A stretch of 64,000 nucleotides of DNA, taken from positions 2,304,001 to 2,368,000 of the forward strand of contig OY760907.1 of the NCBI GenBank assembly GCA_963664195.1. Reading direction: 5' to 3'. Source of the stretch: an uncultured candidate division Zixibacteria bacterium (GTDB lineage Bacteria > Zixibacteria > MSB-5A5 > GN15 > FEB-12). A program made the translations under genes and the position numbers. Below the pieces are notes generated by a model. The model ran no database searches. It had not been told where the DNA came from and saw only the letters and a program-made list of their open reading frames with translations. Positions 1 through 10,541 of the stretch are shown piece by piece; position 1 is the stretch's first letter; every line of letters starts with the position of its first letter.

Positions 1-2
1 TT

Positions 3-380
3 CTGGCTTACTACTGGCCGGAAGTCTGGCTGGGAATCGTGAACAGCTTCCGGGCAAGTACGGAGCCCCTTGAGGAAATCGAGATGAGGCTGTTTCATCG
101 AACCCACAAAGACATCGGCGCGCAACTGTGCCGCAACTGGCTATTCCCCGACAAGATCGTTGAACTGATCGAGCGCCACAACGATACGCCTGATCCTTCG
201 ACACCCGAGCATCTTCGTATGCTCCACCAGGCTCATCTTCTGGTCACTCAATGCGGATTCGGATTCCCACTTTGCCGACAAACGGAACCGAGTTGCGAGG
301 AAGAGAGTGAAGAATACAAGAGCATAGTCGAAACGCTGCCGGGCGATGTTGATTACCAACTCAGAGTTCTTGAGGGCTGA
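3..380 (+). CDS. HDOD-domain protein, C-terminal part (5' end outside the window)
   Basis: Frame is open from base 3 (LAYYWPEVW...). E-x5-THKDIGAQLCRNWLFPDKIVELIERH resembles the HDOD end motif (H..iGa.L...W.lP..i...I..H). Confidence 0.7.
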   Translation: MAYYWPEVWLGIVNSFRASTEPLEEIEMRLFHRTHKDIGAQLCRNWLFPDKIVELIERHNDTPDPSTPEHLRMLHQAHLLVTQCGFGFPLCRQTEPSCEEESEEYKSIVETLPGDVDYQLRVLEG

Positions 381-434
381 GATAGCGGGCATGTCTGTCA
401 TAAGTGCGGCAGTCCTCAGGATTTGGAGCAAACG

Positions 435-1748
435 ATGGCCGATATTCTATTCGTAGACGACGAGCAGCACATTCTCAATGCGCTGAGGAGAGTCTTTCGC
501 AAATTCAATGACTATGTGTGCCACTTCGCCAATTCGCCACAGGAAGCCCTTGATATCCTCTCCGGTCAACATGTTGACGTGCTTGTCAGCGACCACCAAA
601 TGCCGCAGATGACCGGGGCGGAGTTTCTCTCGCGAGTCAAGGAAAAGCGTCCGAGCATGGTACGAATCATGCTGACGGGTCAAGCGGATCTTGATGCGGT
701 GCAGCGGGCGGTGAACAGCGGCGAGGTATTTCGATTCATCCTGAAGCCGTGGAAGGACGACGAGTTGCGTCAGAGCGTCCAGAGCGCCGTGGAATACGGC
801 TCTCTTCGAGTGGAGAATCAGCGGCTTCAGGAATTGACTCAGCGCCAGAACGAGGAGCTTTCGGCATCCAATGAAATGCTCGAGGATCAGGTCAAGGCTC
901 GGACCGCGCAGCTTGCGGACGCGCTTCATACGGCCCAGGCTCTGAATTCCCAGTTGGAAGAGACACTCTACTCAAGCACAAAGGCACTCTTCGATTTGAT
1001 CCAGCTTGCTCGCCCGGATCTGGGTGCTCACAGTCGACGAGTTGCCGATGTTGCCGTAGCGTTTGGTGATGCCTGTGGCCTCAATGCAAGAGACATGAAA
1101 GTGCTCGAGATTTCGGCGCTTTTGCATGATTGCGGCAAGCTCAGCATGCCATTGTATATAATTGGCAAGAGCCCGGACGACTACTCCAAGGCGGAACAGG
1201 ATATCTATCGAACCCATCCTGCGCTCGGCACGGAAGTCCTGAAGGGTGTCAGCTATTTTGGCGATGTGAGCAAGACGATACTTATGCACCACGAGCGGTG
1301 GGATGGCTACGGGTTTCCCGATCGCAAATCCGGACGAGCTATATCGCTGGAGGCATACATAGTAGGTCTTGCAGACGAATATGATCACTTGATGAATCGA
1401 CCAAACACTAACGATGAGTTCAGGTACCAGTATGCCTGCGAGCGGATTGCAGAGTTTGCCGACAAGAAGTTCCCTGTCAAGCTGGTACAAGTGTGCCTCG
1501 ATTACGCCGAAACGGCAAACGATCGCAAGACTACTGAGGACGAAGTGGAAGTTGGACTGGCCGACCTCGCACCCAATGTTACCCTCTCGCGCGATATCTA
1601 CACAATGACGGGAAGTCTCCTGGTTGCGAGTGGAGCTACCCTGACAATCCAGAACATCGCTCGCATCCGTGCCATAGCAAAACTCGATCCCATTGCCGGG
1701 GGAATATATGTTACTAGCAAAGCTGGCCGACAACCGGCAAGAGTCTGA
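435..1748 (+). CDS. Response regulator with HD-GYP phosphodiesterase domain (RpfG-like)
   Basis: N-terminal REC (FVDDE, VSDHQMP, LTG, KPW), coiled coil, LHDCGK and HHERWDGYGFP (GYP variant). GGAG precedes ATG 435. Confidence 0.9.
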   Translation: MADILFVDDEQHILNALRRVFRKFNDYVCHFANSPQEALDILSGQHVDVLVSDHQMPQMTGAEFLSRVKEKRPSMVRIMLTGQADLDAVQRAVNSGEVFRFILKPWKDDELRQSVQSAVEYGSLRVENQRLQELTQRQNEELSASNEMLEDQVKARTAQLADALHTAQALNSQLEETLYSSTKALFDLIQLARPDLGAHSRRVADVAVAFGDACGLNARDMKVLEISALLHDCGKLSMPLYIIGKSPDDYSKAEQDIYRTHPALGTEVLKGVSYFGDVSKTILMHHERWDGYGFPDRKSGRAISLEAYIVGLADEYDHLMNRPNTNDEFRYQYACERIAEFADKKFPVKLVQVCLDYAETANDRKTTEDEVEVGLADLAPNVTLSRDIYTMTGSLLVASGATLTIQNIARIRAIAKLDPIAGGIYVTSKAGRQPARV

Positions 1749-4700
1749 ACTCGGAACGCACACCGGGTCCGATTTGGGAGAAGCCTGCCGGGAGATCGAA
1801 TCTCTGTACCAGGCCTATCCCGGTACGGTGTTTCGTCTGAATGGCAACGGGATCATTCTCGGTTACAAAGTCGAATCGGATTCGCCTCTCAGGATGGAGC
1901 CTGGAAGCAGGTTAGGTAGGAGACTCTCAGAAGTTCTCCCTGCTGAAATAGCGGCCGATCTTGATGAGGCGGTCTTAAGGGCGACCAACCAGAAGCAGCC
2001 CCAGACTTTTCAATGCGAGTATAATCGGATCGAGTCGAAGAGCTTCTGCGAAGTCCGCATCCAGCCGACGGCCGATGGTGGAACGATCCTCTGTATCCAG
2101 TATTTGGTCGCCAGAGAGACGGAAGAGGAGCACGAGCTTGAAGACAATCGACGAATCAGGGTTGCCTTTGACAATACCACGGAGTTCTTTGGATTGACAT
2201 CGCTCGACGGCACACTGCTGGAGGTCAATCAAACCGCACTCAGATTTTCCGAGGCGCAGCGGGCTGAGGTCATCGGCCGCCCTTTCTGCGAGGGACCGTG
2301 GTGGACACACTCTCCTGAACTACAGGATAAGCTGCGCAAGGCTGTGCGGAGTGCTGCCGACGGAGTGGCAGGCAACTTTGAGGTGACTCACGTCGCCGCC
2401 GAAGGGTCGACCCATTGGGTGGACTTTTCTCTGCGGCCGGTGAAAGACGGTTCTGGCCGTATCATCTTCCTGGTCGCCGAGGGACGGGACGTCACAGATC
2501 GCAAACTGGCCGAAAAGGCCCTGCACGAATCACGCGAATTGCTTCATGCAGTACTGGACTCCATACCGATCCGAGTTTTCTGGAAGGATCGGGACTTGAA
2601 GTATCTTGGCTGCAACACGGCGTTTGCCAACGATGCAGGTTTCGAGACCTCCGAGGAGATGATCGGAAAGAGCGACTCTGACTTGATCTGGGCCGACGAA
2701 GCTGAGAAGTATCGTTCCGACGACCAGGAGGTGATTGAAAGCGGCAAGGAGAAGCTTCTCATGGAGGAGCCGCAGACAACCACTACCGGAGATAAGATTT
2801 GGTTGTTGACGAGCAAGGTCCCTCTCAGGGACACTGCGGGCAAGGTCTGTGGCGTTTTGGGGACCTACTACGACATTACGGAGAAGCAGGTTACAGAGCG
2901 GAAATTGGAGGCTCATGCCGCTGAGTTGCGGTCAGCGCTGAATGAGTTGAGCCTAGCGAGAGGTTTTATTGATGGCATTCTGAATGCGGTGGTGGACCCT
3001 ATATACGTGAAGGATGAAGACCGCCGCTACATTCTTGTTAACGACAGTCTTTGTCGTTTCATTGGGCGCAGCAGGGAGGAGATTGTCGGAGAGATCGCGG
3101 AAGATCTCTTCCTGGCTGAAGAAGCGGACGCGTTCAGAGATTCGGAACAACAGGTGTTTGATACCGGACAGGTACTCGAGATCGAGGAATCTGTAACTGA
3201 TTGCAGGGGTGAGGTCCATGAAACGCTCACCAAAACGAGCTTGTACTGCAATCATGTGGATGGAAAGAGGTACCTTGTCGGAGTGGCCAGAGACATCACG
3301 GAGCGCAAGAAGCTTGAGACACAACGTGATCTGATGTCAGCGGCTGTTGAATCGGCTGCCGAGGTAGTTGTCGTCACGGACACCGCAGGGAGGATCGAAT
3401 ACGCAAACTCGGCATTTGAAAGAGTATCAGGGTATTCTCGATCCGAGGTGATAGGCGAGAACGCCGCCATAAGCCAGAGCGGCAATCATGATTCGTCCTT
3501 CTACAAGGAACTCTGGAGCACCATTAAGTCCGGTAATGTGTGGAAGGGGCAACTCAAGAACAAGCGCAAAGACGGTTCGCTGTACGACGAAGAGGCCACC
3601 ATTTCACCCCTTGTCAGTAGTGATGGATTAATCACTAATTTTGTGGCCGTGAAGCGTGACATCACTCAGGAGCTGAATCTCGAACGCCAGCTTCGTCAGT
3701 CTCAGAAGCTTGAGGCTATCGGGACCTTGGCTGGCGGCATCGCCCACGATTTCAACAACATGTTGACCGCGATTATTGGACAGGCAAGTTTGCTGCAGAC
3801 GTCAAGAAAGGACGACGCTAAGGTTCTCAAGGCTTCTTCGGAGATCATCAACACGGGAAACAGGGCTGCGACCCTGACCCGGCAGCTTCTCTCCTATGCC
3901 AGAACTGAGTCAGTGAACCCGACGGCCAGCGATTTGAATGACCGGTTGCTGGAAGCGACCGGGATGCTGAAACGATTGATCGGCGACGACCTAGAGCTCC
4001 TTCTTGATCTCAGCGACAACCTCAAGAAGGTCAGTGTCGATAGTTCGCAGTTGGACCAGGTGGTGTTGAACCTGGTCGTTAACGCGCGAGACGCCATGTC
4101 GTTCGGAGGCACGATCCGCCTTGAGACTGCGAGTCGAAGCCTTTCTGTTACGGAACTCTGTGATTTCCCCGGCCTCGCAGAGGGAGAGTACGTGATGCTG
4201 AGATGCTGGGACACCGGTTCTGGCATGACGCCGGAAGTTGCCGCCCGGATATTCGACCCATTCTACACGACAAAGGAGCAAGGCAAGGGCACCGGGTTGG
4301 GACTCTCCACTGTCTACGGAATTGTGAGACAAGCCAAAGGGTTCATTGGGGTGAAAAGCGAGAGGCTGAAGGGAACCTGTTTCACCGTGCTGTTCCCTGT
4401 GGCAAGCGAAGAGTTGGAGGTTGTTGCTGCCCCTCCGACACAGGAAGTGCGCAACACAAGAGGGTCCGGGACAATTCTGCTGGCCGAAGAGGACCAGAAG
4501 GCACGATCGGCAAGACGGCAACTTCTCGAATCGAAAGAGTATGAAGTCCTTGAAGCACTGACCGTCGAGGAAGCCATAGTGATTGCGCAGAACTGGCCCA
4601 GCCCAATCAACCTATTGCTGGTGGACGCAGGGATGTTGGGTCTGAACGGGCAAGAAATCGCGAATAGGGCTGCCGAGGCCCACCCGGGAATCTCAGTCCT

Positions 4701-4842
4701 TTTCATGACCGGGCTGGACGACGACAGCGTCTTACAGAAGATCCCTTTATGTGAGACTGCTCGCACAGTAGATCGGACCGGTTCTTCTGGTGAGTTGCTC
4801 CAAGAAATTAGATCGGCATTGGAATCGGTGGAAGTCGCGTAG
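1708..4842 (+). CDS. Multi-PAS hybrid histidine kinase (CckA-like HisKA/HATPase) with atypical C-terminal receiver
   Basis: Several PAS/PAC units (DVTDRK, DITEK, DITERK, DITQE). LAGGIAHDFNN H-box, NARDAM N-box, DTGSG, FDPFYTTK, GTGLGL. Start codon uncertain because it overlaps the upstream gene. Confidence 0.9.
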   Translation: MLLAKLADNRQESELGTHTGSDLGEACREIESLYQAYPGTVFRLNGNGIILGYKVESDSPLRMEPGSRLGRRLSEVLPAEIAADLDEAVLRATNQKQPQTFQCEYNRIESKSFCEVRIQPTADGGTILCIQYLVARETEEEHELEDNRRIRVAFDNTTEFFGLTSLDGTLLEVNQTALRFSEAQRAEVIGRPFCEGPWWTHSPELQDKLRKAVRSAADGVAGNFEVTHVAAEGSTHWVDFSLRPVKDGSGRIIFLVAEGRDVTDRKLAEKALHESRELLHAVLDSIPIRVFWKDRDLKYLGCNTAFANDAGFETSEEMIGKSDSDLIWADEAEKYRSDDQEVIESGKEKLLMEEPQTTTTGDKIWLLTSKVPLRDTAGKVCGVLGTYYDITEKQVTERKLEAHAAELRSALNELSLARGFIDGILNAVVDPIYVKDEDRRYILVNDSLCRFIGRSREEIVGEIAEDLFLAEEADAFRDSEQQVFDTGQVLEIEESVTDCRGEVHETLTKTSLYCNHVDGKRYLVGVARDITERKKLETQRDLMSAAVESAAEVVVVTDTAGRIEYANSAFERVSGYSRSEVIGENAAISQSGNHDSSFYKELWSTIKSGNVWKGQLKNKRKDGSLYDEEATISPLVSSDGLITNFVAVKRDITQELNLERQLRQSQKLEAIGTLAGGIAHDFNNMLTAIIGQASLLQTSRKDDAKVLKASSEIINTGNRAATLTRQLLSYARTESVNPTASDLNDRLLEATGMLKRLIGDDLELLLDLSDNLKKVSVDSSQLDQVVLNLVVNARDAMSFGGTIRLETASRSLSVTELCDFPGLAEGEYVMLRCWDTGSGMTPEVAARIFDPFYTTKEQGKGTGLGLSTVYGIVRQAKGFIGVKSERLKGTCFTVLFPVASEELEVVAAPPTQEVRNTRGSGTILLAEEDQKARSARRQLLESKEYEVLEALTVEEAIVIAQNWPSPINLLLVDAGMLGLNGQEIANRAAEAHPGISVLFMTGLDDDSVLQKIPLCETARTVDRTGSSGELLQEIRSALESVEVA

Positions 4843-4976
4843 GAACCAGTCAAGCGGTCCAGATGACAGTTCCTTTTTTTTCGCGATTCCGTGGTGCGAG
4901 CGCAGACTATGTCTCAGCTTTCAGCTCCACCTGGTCGAATTGTCTCAAGGTGTACGATGACCAACCTCAGGCCGCG

Positions 4977-5037
4977 GTTCTAAGATAGTACACGATGGCC
5001 AGCTTTTTTATGGGTCGCCGATCGGCGGCCTTTTTTG
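4977..5037 (+). repeat. 61-bp direct repeat, copy 1 (contains a terminator-like hairpin plus T6)
   Basis: GTTCTAAGATAGTACACGATGGCCAGCTTTTTTATGGGTCGCCGATCGGCGGCCTTTTTTG; 60/61 identical to 27448-27508. Confidence 0.95.
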
Positions 5038-5323
5038 CGTTTTTCGTGGGGGAGCGTCTTTTCACCTCCTATCCATCCAAGATACAGTATCCGTACCAGG
5101 TTCCGGTGGAGGAGGCCCCACGGGCCACCCTGAGCCAAAGCAAGCGGCTGCTCCCGTTATTTACCCTCCAGCAACCCGGAACGGTTCAGGCAGAGTTGTG
5201 TCGGTGTTTGGCGACGATTTGGTTGGCCCCAACCCAGACTACACGTCGATGTTGATTCCATCAGCGGATGGCGTTCGTAGGCAATATACACCGATTCTGA
5301 CCAGCCCTCGACGGACTGCAATG

Positions 5324-5353
5324 TTGACTTTCGGTTGCACTTGCCCGTATCAT
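5324..5353 (+). promoter_or_regulatory. Candidate sigma70 promoter for the PocR sensor gene
   Basis: TTGACT-18 bp-TATCAT, about 160 bp upstream of ATG 5513 (which has a GGAGG RBS). Confidence 0.4.
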
Positions 5354-5512
5354 TCGTAGAAGCTCGCTTGTGAGTTCTCCTGCAAGCGCTCCCTCTGGAG
5401 GATTCAGTTTTTGCCTCGAGGTGGGCTGGCAGTCGAGTGGAGACACAGAGAATCGACTTGGGAGTCTGGCAAGTCGACGGCGCCGCCAGCCGTTCGATGA
5501 AGGAGGTCGATC

Positions 5513-7918
5513 ATGAATCGAAGAGTTGAGCACTTGGTCGATGGAAAACACACTCTCCGGGACTTGGTGGATATTGATCGTTTGCGCGAGATGTTGGAAC
5601 GTTTTTCGCGAGCAACCGGGTTCACGACAGGGCTCGTCTCTTATCCCGATCAGCAGCTACTCATCAAGACGGGTTGGCGGGACGCTTGCACGAAGTTCCA
5701 TCGCGCCTTTCCTGTCTCGGAAGTTCACTGCAAGCAGAGTAATCTGGAACTCACTTCCTGTCTGAGAGAGCGGAAAACACTGAATGTCAGTCACTGCGCG
5801 AGTGGATTAGTGGACGGAGCGACGCCTATCATTATTAAGGGCGCGCACGTGGCAAACCTATTCACCGGACAAATTCTCTTCGAAAAGCCGGATGTCCGAC
5901 GTTTCCGTGATCAGGGCGCGGAATACGGATACGACGTGGAGGCCTATCTTGACGCAATTAAGGAGGTCCCGATCGTGACCGAGGAGCAGTTCAAGATGGC
6001 GTTGGGCTTCTTGAGTGAAGTGGCCACCATGCTTGCCGAACAGGGGGCGAACGAACTGCGTAACCGTGCGATAGCTCAAGTGTCGAGGGAGGGGCAAGAG
6101 AGACTTCGGGCGATACTCAACTCCATCGGCGATGGAGTTATCGCCACCGACACTCTGGGCAGGGTCACTCTGTTGAACCCCGTGGCCGAGAGGCTCACCG
6201 GTTGGACGCCCGAGGAGGCACAAGGTAAGTTGCTGACTGGGATATTCACAATCGTCGACGTCCAGACAAAACTTCCCGCTGAGAGCCCAGTCAGGCGGGT
6301 CCTTGAGGGGGGGGAGACTGCGAACCTGTCCGACGACACTGTGCTGGTTGGCAGAAATGGTGTTCAACTCCACATATCCGCTTCCGGGTCGCCCATTCGT
6401 GGAGCAGACGGCTCTGTGGCCGGCGTTGTAATTGCCTTTCGGGACGTGAGTGACGAATACCGTCTGCAGAAAACATCCAGGGAATTAGCGACTATAGTCG
6501 AACAGGCAGCGGAAGGAATCGCCGTCACAGACTTGGACGGTAAACTGTGGTTTGCCAACCTTGCCTGGGCGGTCATGCACGGGTACGAGAGCGGCGAAAG
6601 GCTGGTCGGAAAGGGACTTGACGTCTTCCATTCACCCGAGCAGTTGATTGCTGACATAATGCCCTTAAATGAAGAAGCTAGGCGATGCGGTCACTGTTCC
6701 GGTTGCGTGGGACACCTTCACAAAGACGGTACGGTCTTCCCGACTCAGACGGGAGTGAATGTGCTGAGGGATGAGAGCGGCGAAGCATACGGGTTCGCCA
6801 GTTTCGCGCAGGATATAACTGAGCGCAAGCAAGCGGAAGAAGCCCTGCGAGAGAGTGAAGAGAAGTACAGGACCCTGCTTCAGCGAATTCACGCTGCAGT
6901 TGTAGTGCATGGCGCGGACACTCAAGTTCTTACATCCAATGCCACCGCGCAGGATATCCTCGGTCTTTCTGAAGACCAGATGCTTGGGAAAAGGGCAGTT
7001 GATCCGGCGTGGCATTTCTTTCTCGAAGACGGCACGGTAATGCCTCCCGATGACTATCCTGTGAACAAGGTCCTTGCAACTGGGAAGAGTCTTACTGACT
7101 ATGTCATCGGTCTACATCGCCCTCAAAGAGCAGCCGAGAGTGATGTCTGGGTACTGGCAAATGCCGATCCGGTTTTTGATCTTGACAACAAGATCACCCA
7201 GGTGGTGGTAACTTTCATGGATGTCACCGAGCGCAAGCATGCCGAGGAGGAAATCGCATGGAATCTGGCGGTCAATCAGGCCCTGGCTTCCTTGTACGTT
7301 CCCATGGTTGCAGGTGATGCTTCCATCGAACAGATAGCTGGCTTGGTACTGGAGAAGAGCAGACAATTGACACGCAGCGCACATGGTTACGTGGCTGAAA
7401 TCGACTCTGCCACCGGAGATCTTGTTGCACACACTTTGACAAAGATGATGAGAACTGGGTGCCAGGTCGCTGGAGAAGAGCATCGCAAATCGAGGTTTCC
7501 CCGAAGGGCGGATGGACTCTATTCCGGTTTGTACGGACAAGCACTGAATACAAAAGATCCCTTCTTTACAAGTGAACCGAACAAGTGTCAAGACTCTATT
7601 GGTACTCCCGAAGGACATATAGCGATTGAGAGTTTCCTGTCGGTGCCTGTTATGCTGGCCGGTGAATTGGTTGGACAGATTGCGTTGGCTAATCCAACCC
7701 GAGCCTATACGAACAGAGATTTGGAGGCAGTCAGTCGGGTGGCAGAATTCTACGCTCTGGCAATTCAACGCAAGCGTGTTGATACAGAACTGGCGGAGCA
7801 GATGAACGAAATCAATCGTTTCAACCGACTTATGGTTGGCAGGGAAGAGAAGATGATTGAGCTGAAAAGACAGATAAGCCTGCTTCTTGAGAGGGAGGGT
7901 GAGTTTCGATCAGAGTGA
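5513..7918 (+). CDS. PocR-PAS-PAS-PAS-GAF sensor protein without catalytic output domain
   Basis: PocR motifs (GWRDACTKFHR, C..S, HCASGLVDGATPI, FTGQ), three PAS/PAC units, a GAF domain, then a short coiled coil ending ...RFNRLMVGREEKMIELKRQI. Confidence 0.85.
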   Translation: MNRRVEHLVDGKHTLRDLVDIDRLREMLERFSRATGFTTGLVSYPDQQLLIKTGWRDACTKFHRAFPVSEVHCKQSNLELTSCLRERKTLNVSHCASGLVDGATPIIIKGAHVANLFTGQILFEKPDVRRFRDQGAEYGYDVEAYLDAIKEVPIVTEEQFKMALGFLSEVATMLAEQGANELRNRAIAQVSREGQERLRAILNSIGDGVIATDTLGRVTLLNPVAERLTGWTPEEAQGKLLTGIFTIVDVQTKLPAESPVRRVLEGGETANLSDDTVLVGRNGVQLHISASGSPIRGADGSVAGVVIAFRDVSDEYRLQKTSRELATIVEQAAEGIAVTDLDGKLWFANLAWAVMHGYESGERLVGKGLDVFHSPEQLIADIMPLNEEARRCGHCSGCVGHLHKDGTVFPTQTGVNVLRDESGEAYGFASFAQDITERKQAEEALRESEEKYRTLLQRIHAAVVVHGADTQVLTSNATAQDILGLSEDQMLGKRAVDPAWHFFLEDGTVMPPDDYPVNKVLATGKSLTDYVIGLHRPQRAAESDVWVLANADPVFDLDNKITQVVVTFMDVTERKHAEEEIAWNLAVNQALASLYVPMVAGDASIEQIAGLVLEKSRQLTRSAHGYVAEIDSATGDLVAHTLTKMMRTGCQVAGEEHRKSRFPRRADGLYSGLYGQALNTKDPFFTSEPNKCQDSIGTPEGHIAIESFLSVPVMLAGELVGQIALANPTRAYTNRDLEAVSRVAEFYALAIQRKRVDTELAEQMNEINRFNRLMVGREEKMIELKRQISLLLEREGEFRSE

Positions 7919-8009
7919 TACGTATACGGACGAAGAGGGATTGTGCCGTGTTGGAAACGTTTGAACTACATATATATTGGTGATAGCAAGTCTGATTCTT
8001 GAGGAGGAT

Positions 8010-8227
8010 TCAATGTCAGAGTACGTATTCTAGTAGCAGCCAAGGAGGCGCGTTATGAGAAACGAATCACATGTCTCCAAGAGTGGAGGCAAGGAGGAGA
8101 CGTCTGGCAATTGGCTATTCTTTAGAGCTACCGCCCTCGTGATAGCTTTCCTGTTGGCGTTTCCAGTATATCTCTTGGCCCAGGAAAAAACACTAGAGGA
8201 AATGACAATTGAGGAATTGATGAATGT
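8010..8227 (+). repeat. Duplicated 5'UTR + signal peptide/N-terminus of TonB receptor genes, copy A
   Basis: Colinear with 10542-10759 (offset 2532). Both encode MRNESHV.KS..KEET..NWLFF...EMTIEE.MNV. Confidence 0.9.
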
Positions 8228-10436
8228 GCGGATCTTTCCTTTCGATGTCTCCGTACTACTGGACAGGGGGTACCGCGCTTCAAACTCCGTATCAGCTTCG
8301 CGTTTCGATGCACCAATCCAGGATCTGCCGTTTGCCATTCAGGCTTTCACGGAGTCCTTCATTAGTGACCAGAAGCCGGTGAATATCTTCGATGTTGCGC
8401 GTTACTCACCCGGCGTCACATACCGCAGCAATGACTTCAATGAAGGTAACGCCAACCTGACCATTCGTGGTTTTGCTATCAGTTCCACGGTGGGCAATAT
8501 CCAGATTCTGCGCGATGGCTTTCATGGCCCTTCGATTCTCGACTTCACCAATATTTCCCGAGTCGAGGTCGTTAAGGGCCCGGCTTCGTTTCTTTATGGG
8601 CAAGTTGCTCCCGGCGGCATCGTCAATATCACCACGAAGAGTCCGCAGTCCGAGTTCGCCGCCAGCGTCGATGCCCGATACGGTTCTTACAACGAATACC
8701 GTTTCGATGCCGATGTGACCGGACCGGCGACAAAAACGCTCTTCTACCGACTCGCGGCTTCCTATGAGCAGGACATGCAATACTGGGAACCTTACGACGC
8801 CTATTCCAGGGATATCGCTCCATCCCTGCTTTGGCAACCAACTGAGCGACTAAGTGTTTCTCTTAAGTATGAATACTTCTACAAGATGGAAAAGCCACAG
8901 CTCATGCAAAAGCCCGGTCTCAATCGGCAAACTGGCGTTGTGCCGACAGTATCCGATCCCAATTTATCGGGCGTCGACGTGCCTGGTCTGCCGGACAATT
9001 GGAATGGGTTATCCAATGCCGACTATCGCGAAAGCGAGACTAATGGTCTGAGTGCGTGGATCGATTTCAGAGCTGATGATCACTGGAACCTGCGTACCAG
9101 TTACTCGCACCAGGATTACACGATCGACGCACTTTTCTCCGGCAATTTTGGTATGGCCAACAATACAACATCTCTGCAAGGCCGTCGTTTCAGAGGACAA
9201 ACTTACACCAATACTGGTGATATCTTCCAGGCCGAAGCGCTAGGCAAGTACGGGCTTGGCAGTACCAGCCTGCGCTTGCTGCTCGGTGGGCAATATATCG
9301 ACCGAAGTTTTGACAATTGGGCTGCCCAGGCGCCCAACGATCCGGCGCTCGGCGCCGATCCCACCGCATCGCCGCTGCCGCTCTGGGATCTGCGCGATCC
9401 ATCTACCTGGAACCGTGATGTACCGATTCCGCGCTCTGCGCTTTCCGAGAATCGGGTAGATCGTACGATCAACTATGTGGACGAGTCCTTTTATGGTGGC
9501 GCAACATTTGGCTTCTTCGAAGATCGCCTGCTACTGCTCTCAGGCTTACGCCGAACTGCTACGGAAAGCCAGCTCACCAATCACCTGACCAACACATCCC
9601 TGGATCGAATTACCGCGAGTGCGATCACGCCCCAATACGGCGTACTCTACAAGTTCACACCCGACCTTTCAGTGTTTGCCTCCTACGCTGAATCGTTCGT
9701 CCCCGGCTCACAGATTCTTGATCTGCCAGACGGAACGACCAAGCCCGCCGATCCTACTGAAGGCAGTGGCTATGACCTTGGTGTCAAGGCGCGTCTGTTC
9801 GATGGCCGCCTCTCGGGCACGCTCACCTTTTTTGATGTTCGCAACAAGAACATTGTGAACGACCTCGCTCATACAGATTCCACAGGCTCAGTAGTTATTT
9901 ACAGTGTGCAAAGTGGAGAACAGCGCTCCGGCGGCATCGAACTGGATGCAACGGCTGCAATGACAGACAATTGGCAGATCTATTTCTCTTATAGTTACAT
10001 GGATGCGCGGATCACGGAGTTCAGTGGCAACGACGATGCGATCCTCTCTTTGGATTGGACCAAGCTTGATACTGCCGGACAGACCAATTACAAGAATGTG
10101 AGGCTGTTTCACGGCGCACCCCTGCAGATGAGCGCGCCGCACATTGCCAATCTCTGGACACGCTACGATGTTGCATCCGGCAGTCTCTCAGGCGTCTATG
10201 TCGCTGGTGGCTTCAATTTCATATACGACCAGACGATCCTGCCTGACGGTCCCGAGTCCTCCCACCAGACATACACTCTTCTCAACGCGACAGCCGGTTA
10301 CTCGTGGGCTTGGCTCGGCCAATGGATAACGGTAGACATTATTGGAAAGAACCTTATCAACGAACACTACCGGCCATCGCAAAGCTCCCGGAGTCGACCT
10401 CGCGAGTTCTTTGTCAATATGTCAACGAAGTTCTGA
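8055..10436 (+). CDS. TonB-dependent outer-membrane receptor (siderophore-receptor-like plug and barrel)
   Basis: Signal peptide, plug motif (ISRVEVVKGPASFLYGQVAPGGIVNITTK), beta-barrel-like repeats, GKNLINE and C-terminal Phe. Confidence 0.9.
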   Translation: MRNESHVSKSGGKEETSGNWLFFRATALVIAFLLAFPVYLLAQEKTLEEMTIEELMNVRIFPFDVSVLLDRGYRASNSVSASRFDAPIQDLPFAIQAFTESFISDQKPVNIFDVARYSPGVTYRSNDFNEGNANLTIRGFAISSTVGNIQILRDGFHGPSILDFTNISRVEVVKGPASFLYGQVAPGGIVNITTKSPQSEFAASVDARYGSYNEYRFDADVTGPATKTLFYRLAASYEQDMQYWEPYDAYSRDIAPSLLWQPTERLSVSLKYEYFYKMEKPQLMQKPGLNRQTGVVPTVSDPNLSGVDVPGLPDNWNGLSNADYRESETNGLSAWIDFRADDHWNLRTSYSHQDYTIDALFSGNFGMANNTTSLQGRRFRGQTYTNTGDIFQAEALGKYGLGSTSLRLLLGGQYIDRSFDNWAAQAPNDPALGADPTASPLPLWDLRDPSTWNRDVPIPRSALSENRVDRTINYVDESFYGGATFGFFEDRLLLLSGLRRTATESQLTNHLTNTSLDRITASAITPQYGVLYKFTPDLSVFASYAESFVPGSQILDLPDGTTKPADPTEGSGYDLGVKARLFDGRLSGTLTFFDVRNKNIVNDLAHTDSTGSVVIYSVQSGEQRSGGIELDATAAMTDNWQIYFSYSYMDARITEFSGNDDAILSLDWTKLDTAGQTNYKNVRLFHGAPLQMSAPHIANLWTRYDVASGSLSGVYVAGGFNFIYDQTILPDGPESSHQTYTLLNATAGYSWAWLGQWITVDIIGKNLINEHYRPSQSSRSRPREFFVNMSTKF

Positions 10437-10541
10437 TTTTGGAGGTCAATTCTGTGCCATGCATCCATTATGCACGAAGTCCGCAACGCAGGATGCACAG
10501 GACGTGTATCGGCGGCATTACTTCAAATTCGTGGAAGGATG

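Noticed and set aside
4938..5003. dif/Xer-like 11-6-11 sites within or near the direct repeat
   Set aside because: Match to the XerD arm TTATGTTAAAT is too weak to call.
4995..5255. 86-aa ORF starting inside the 61-bp repeat
   Set aside because: No RBS, it reads through a terminator-like hairpin, and it diverges immediately after the repeat in copy 2.
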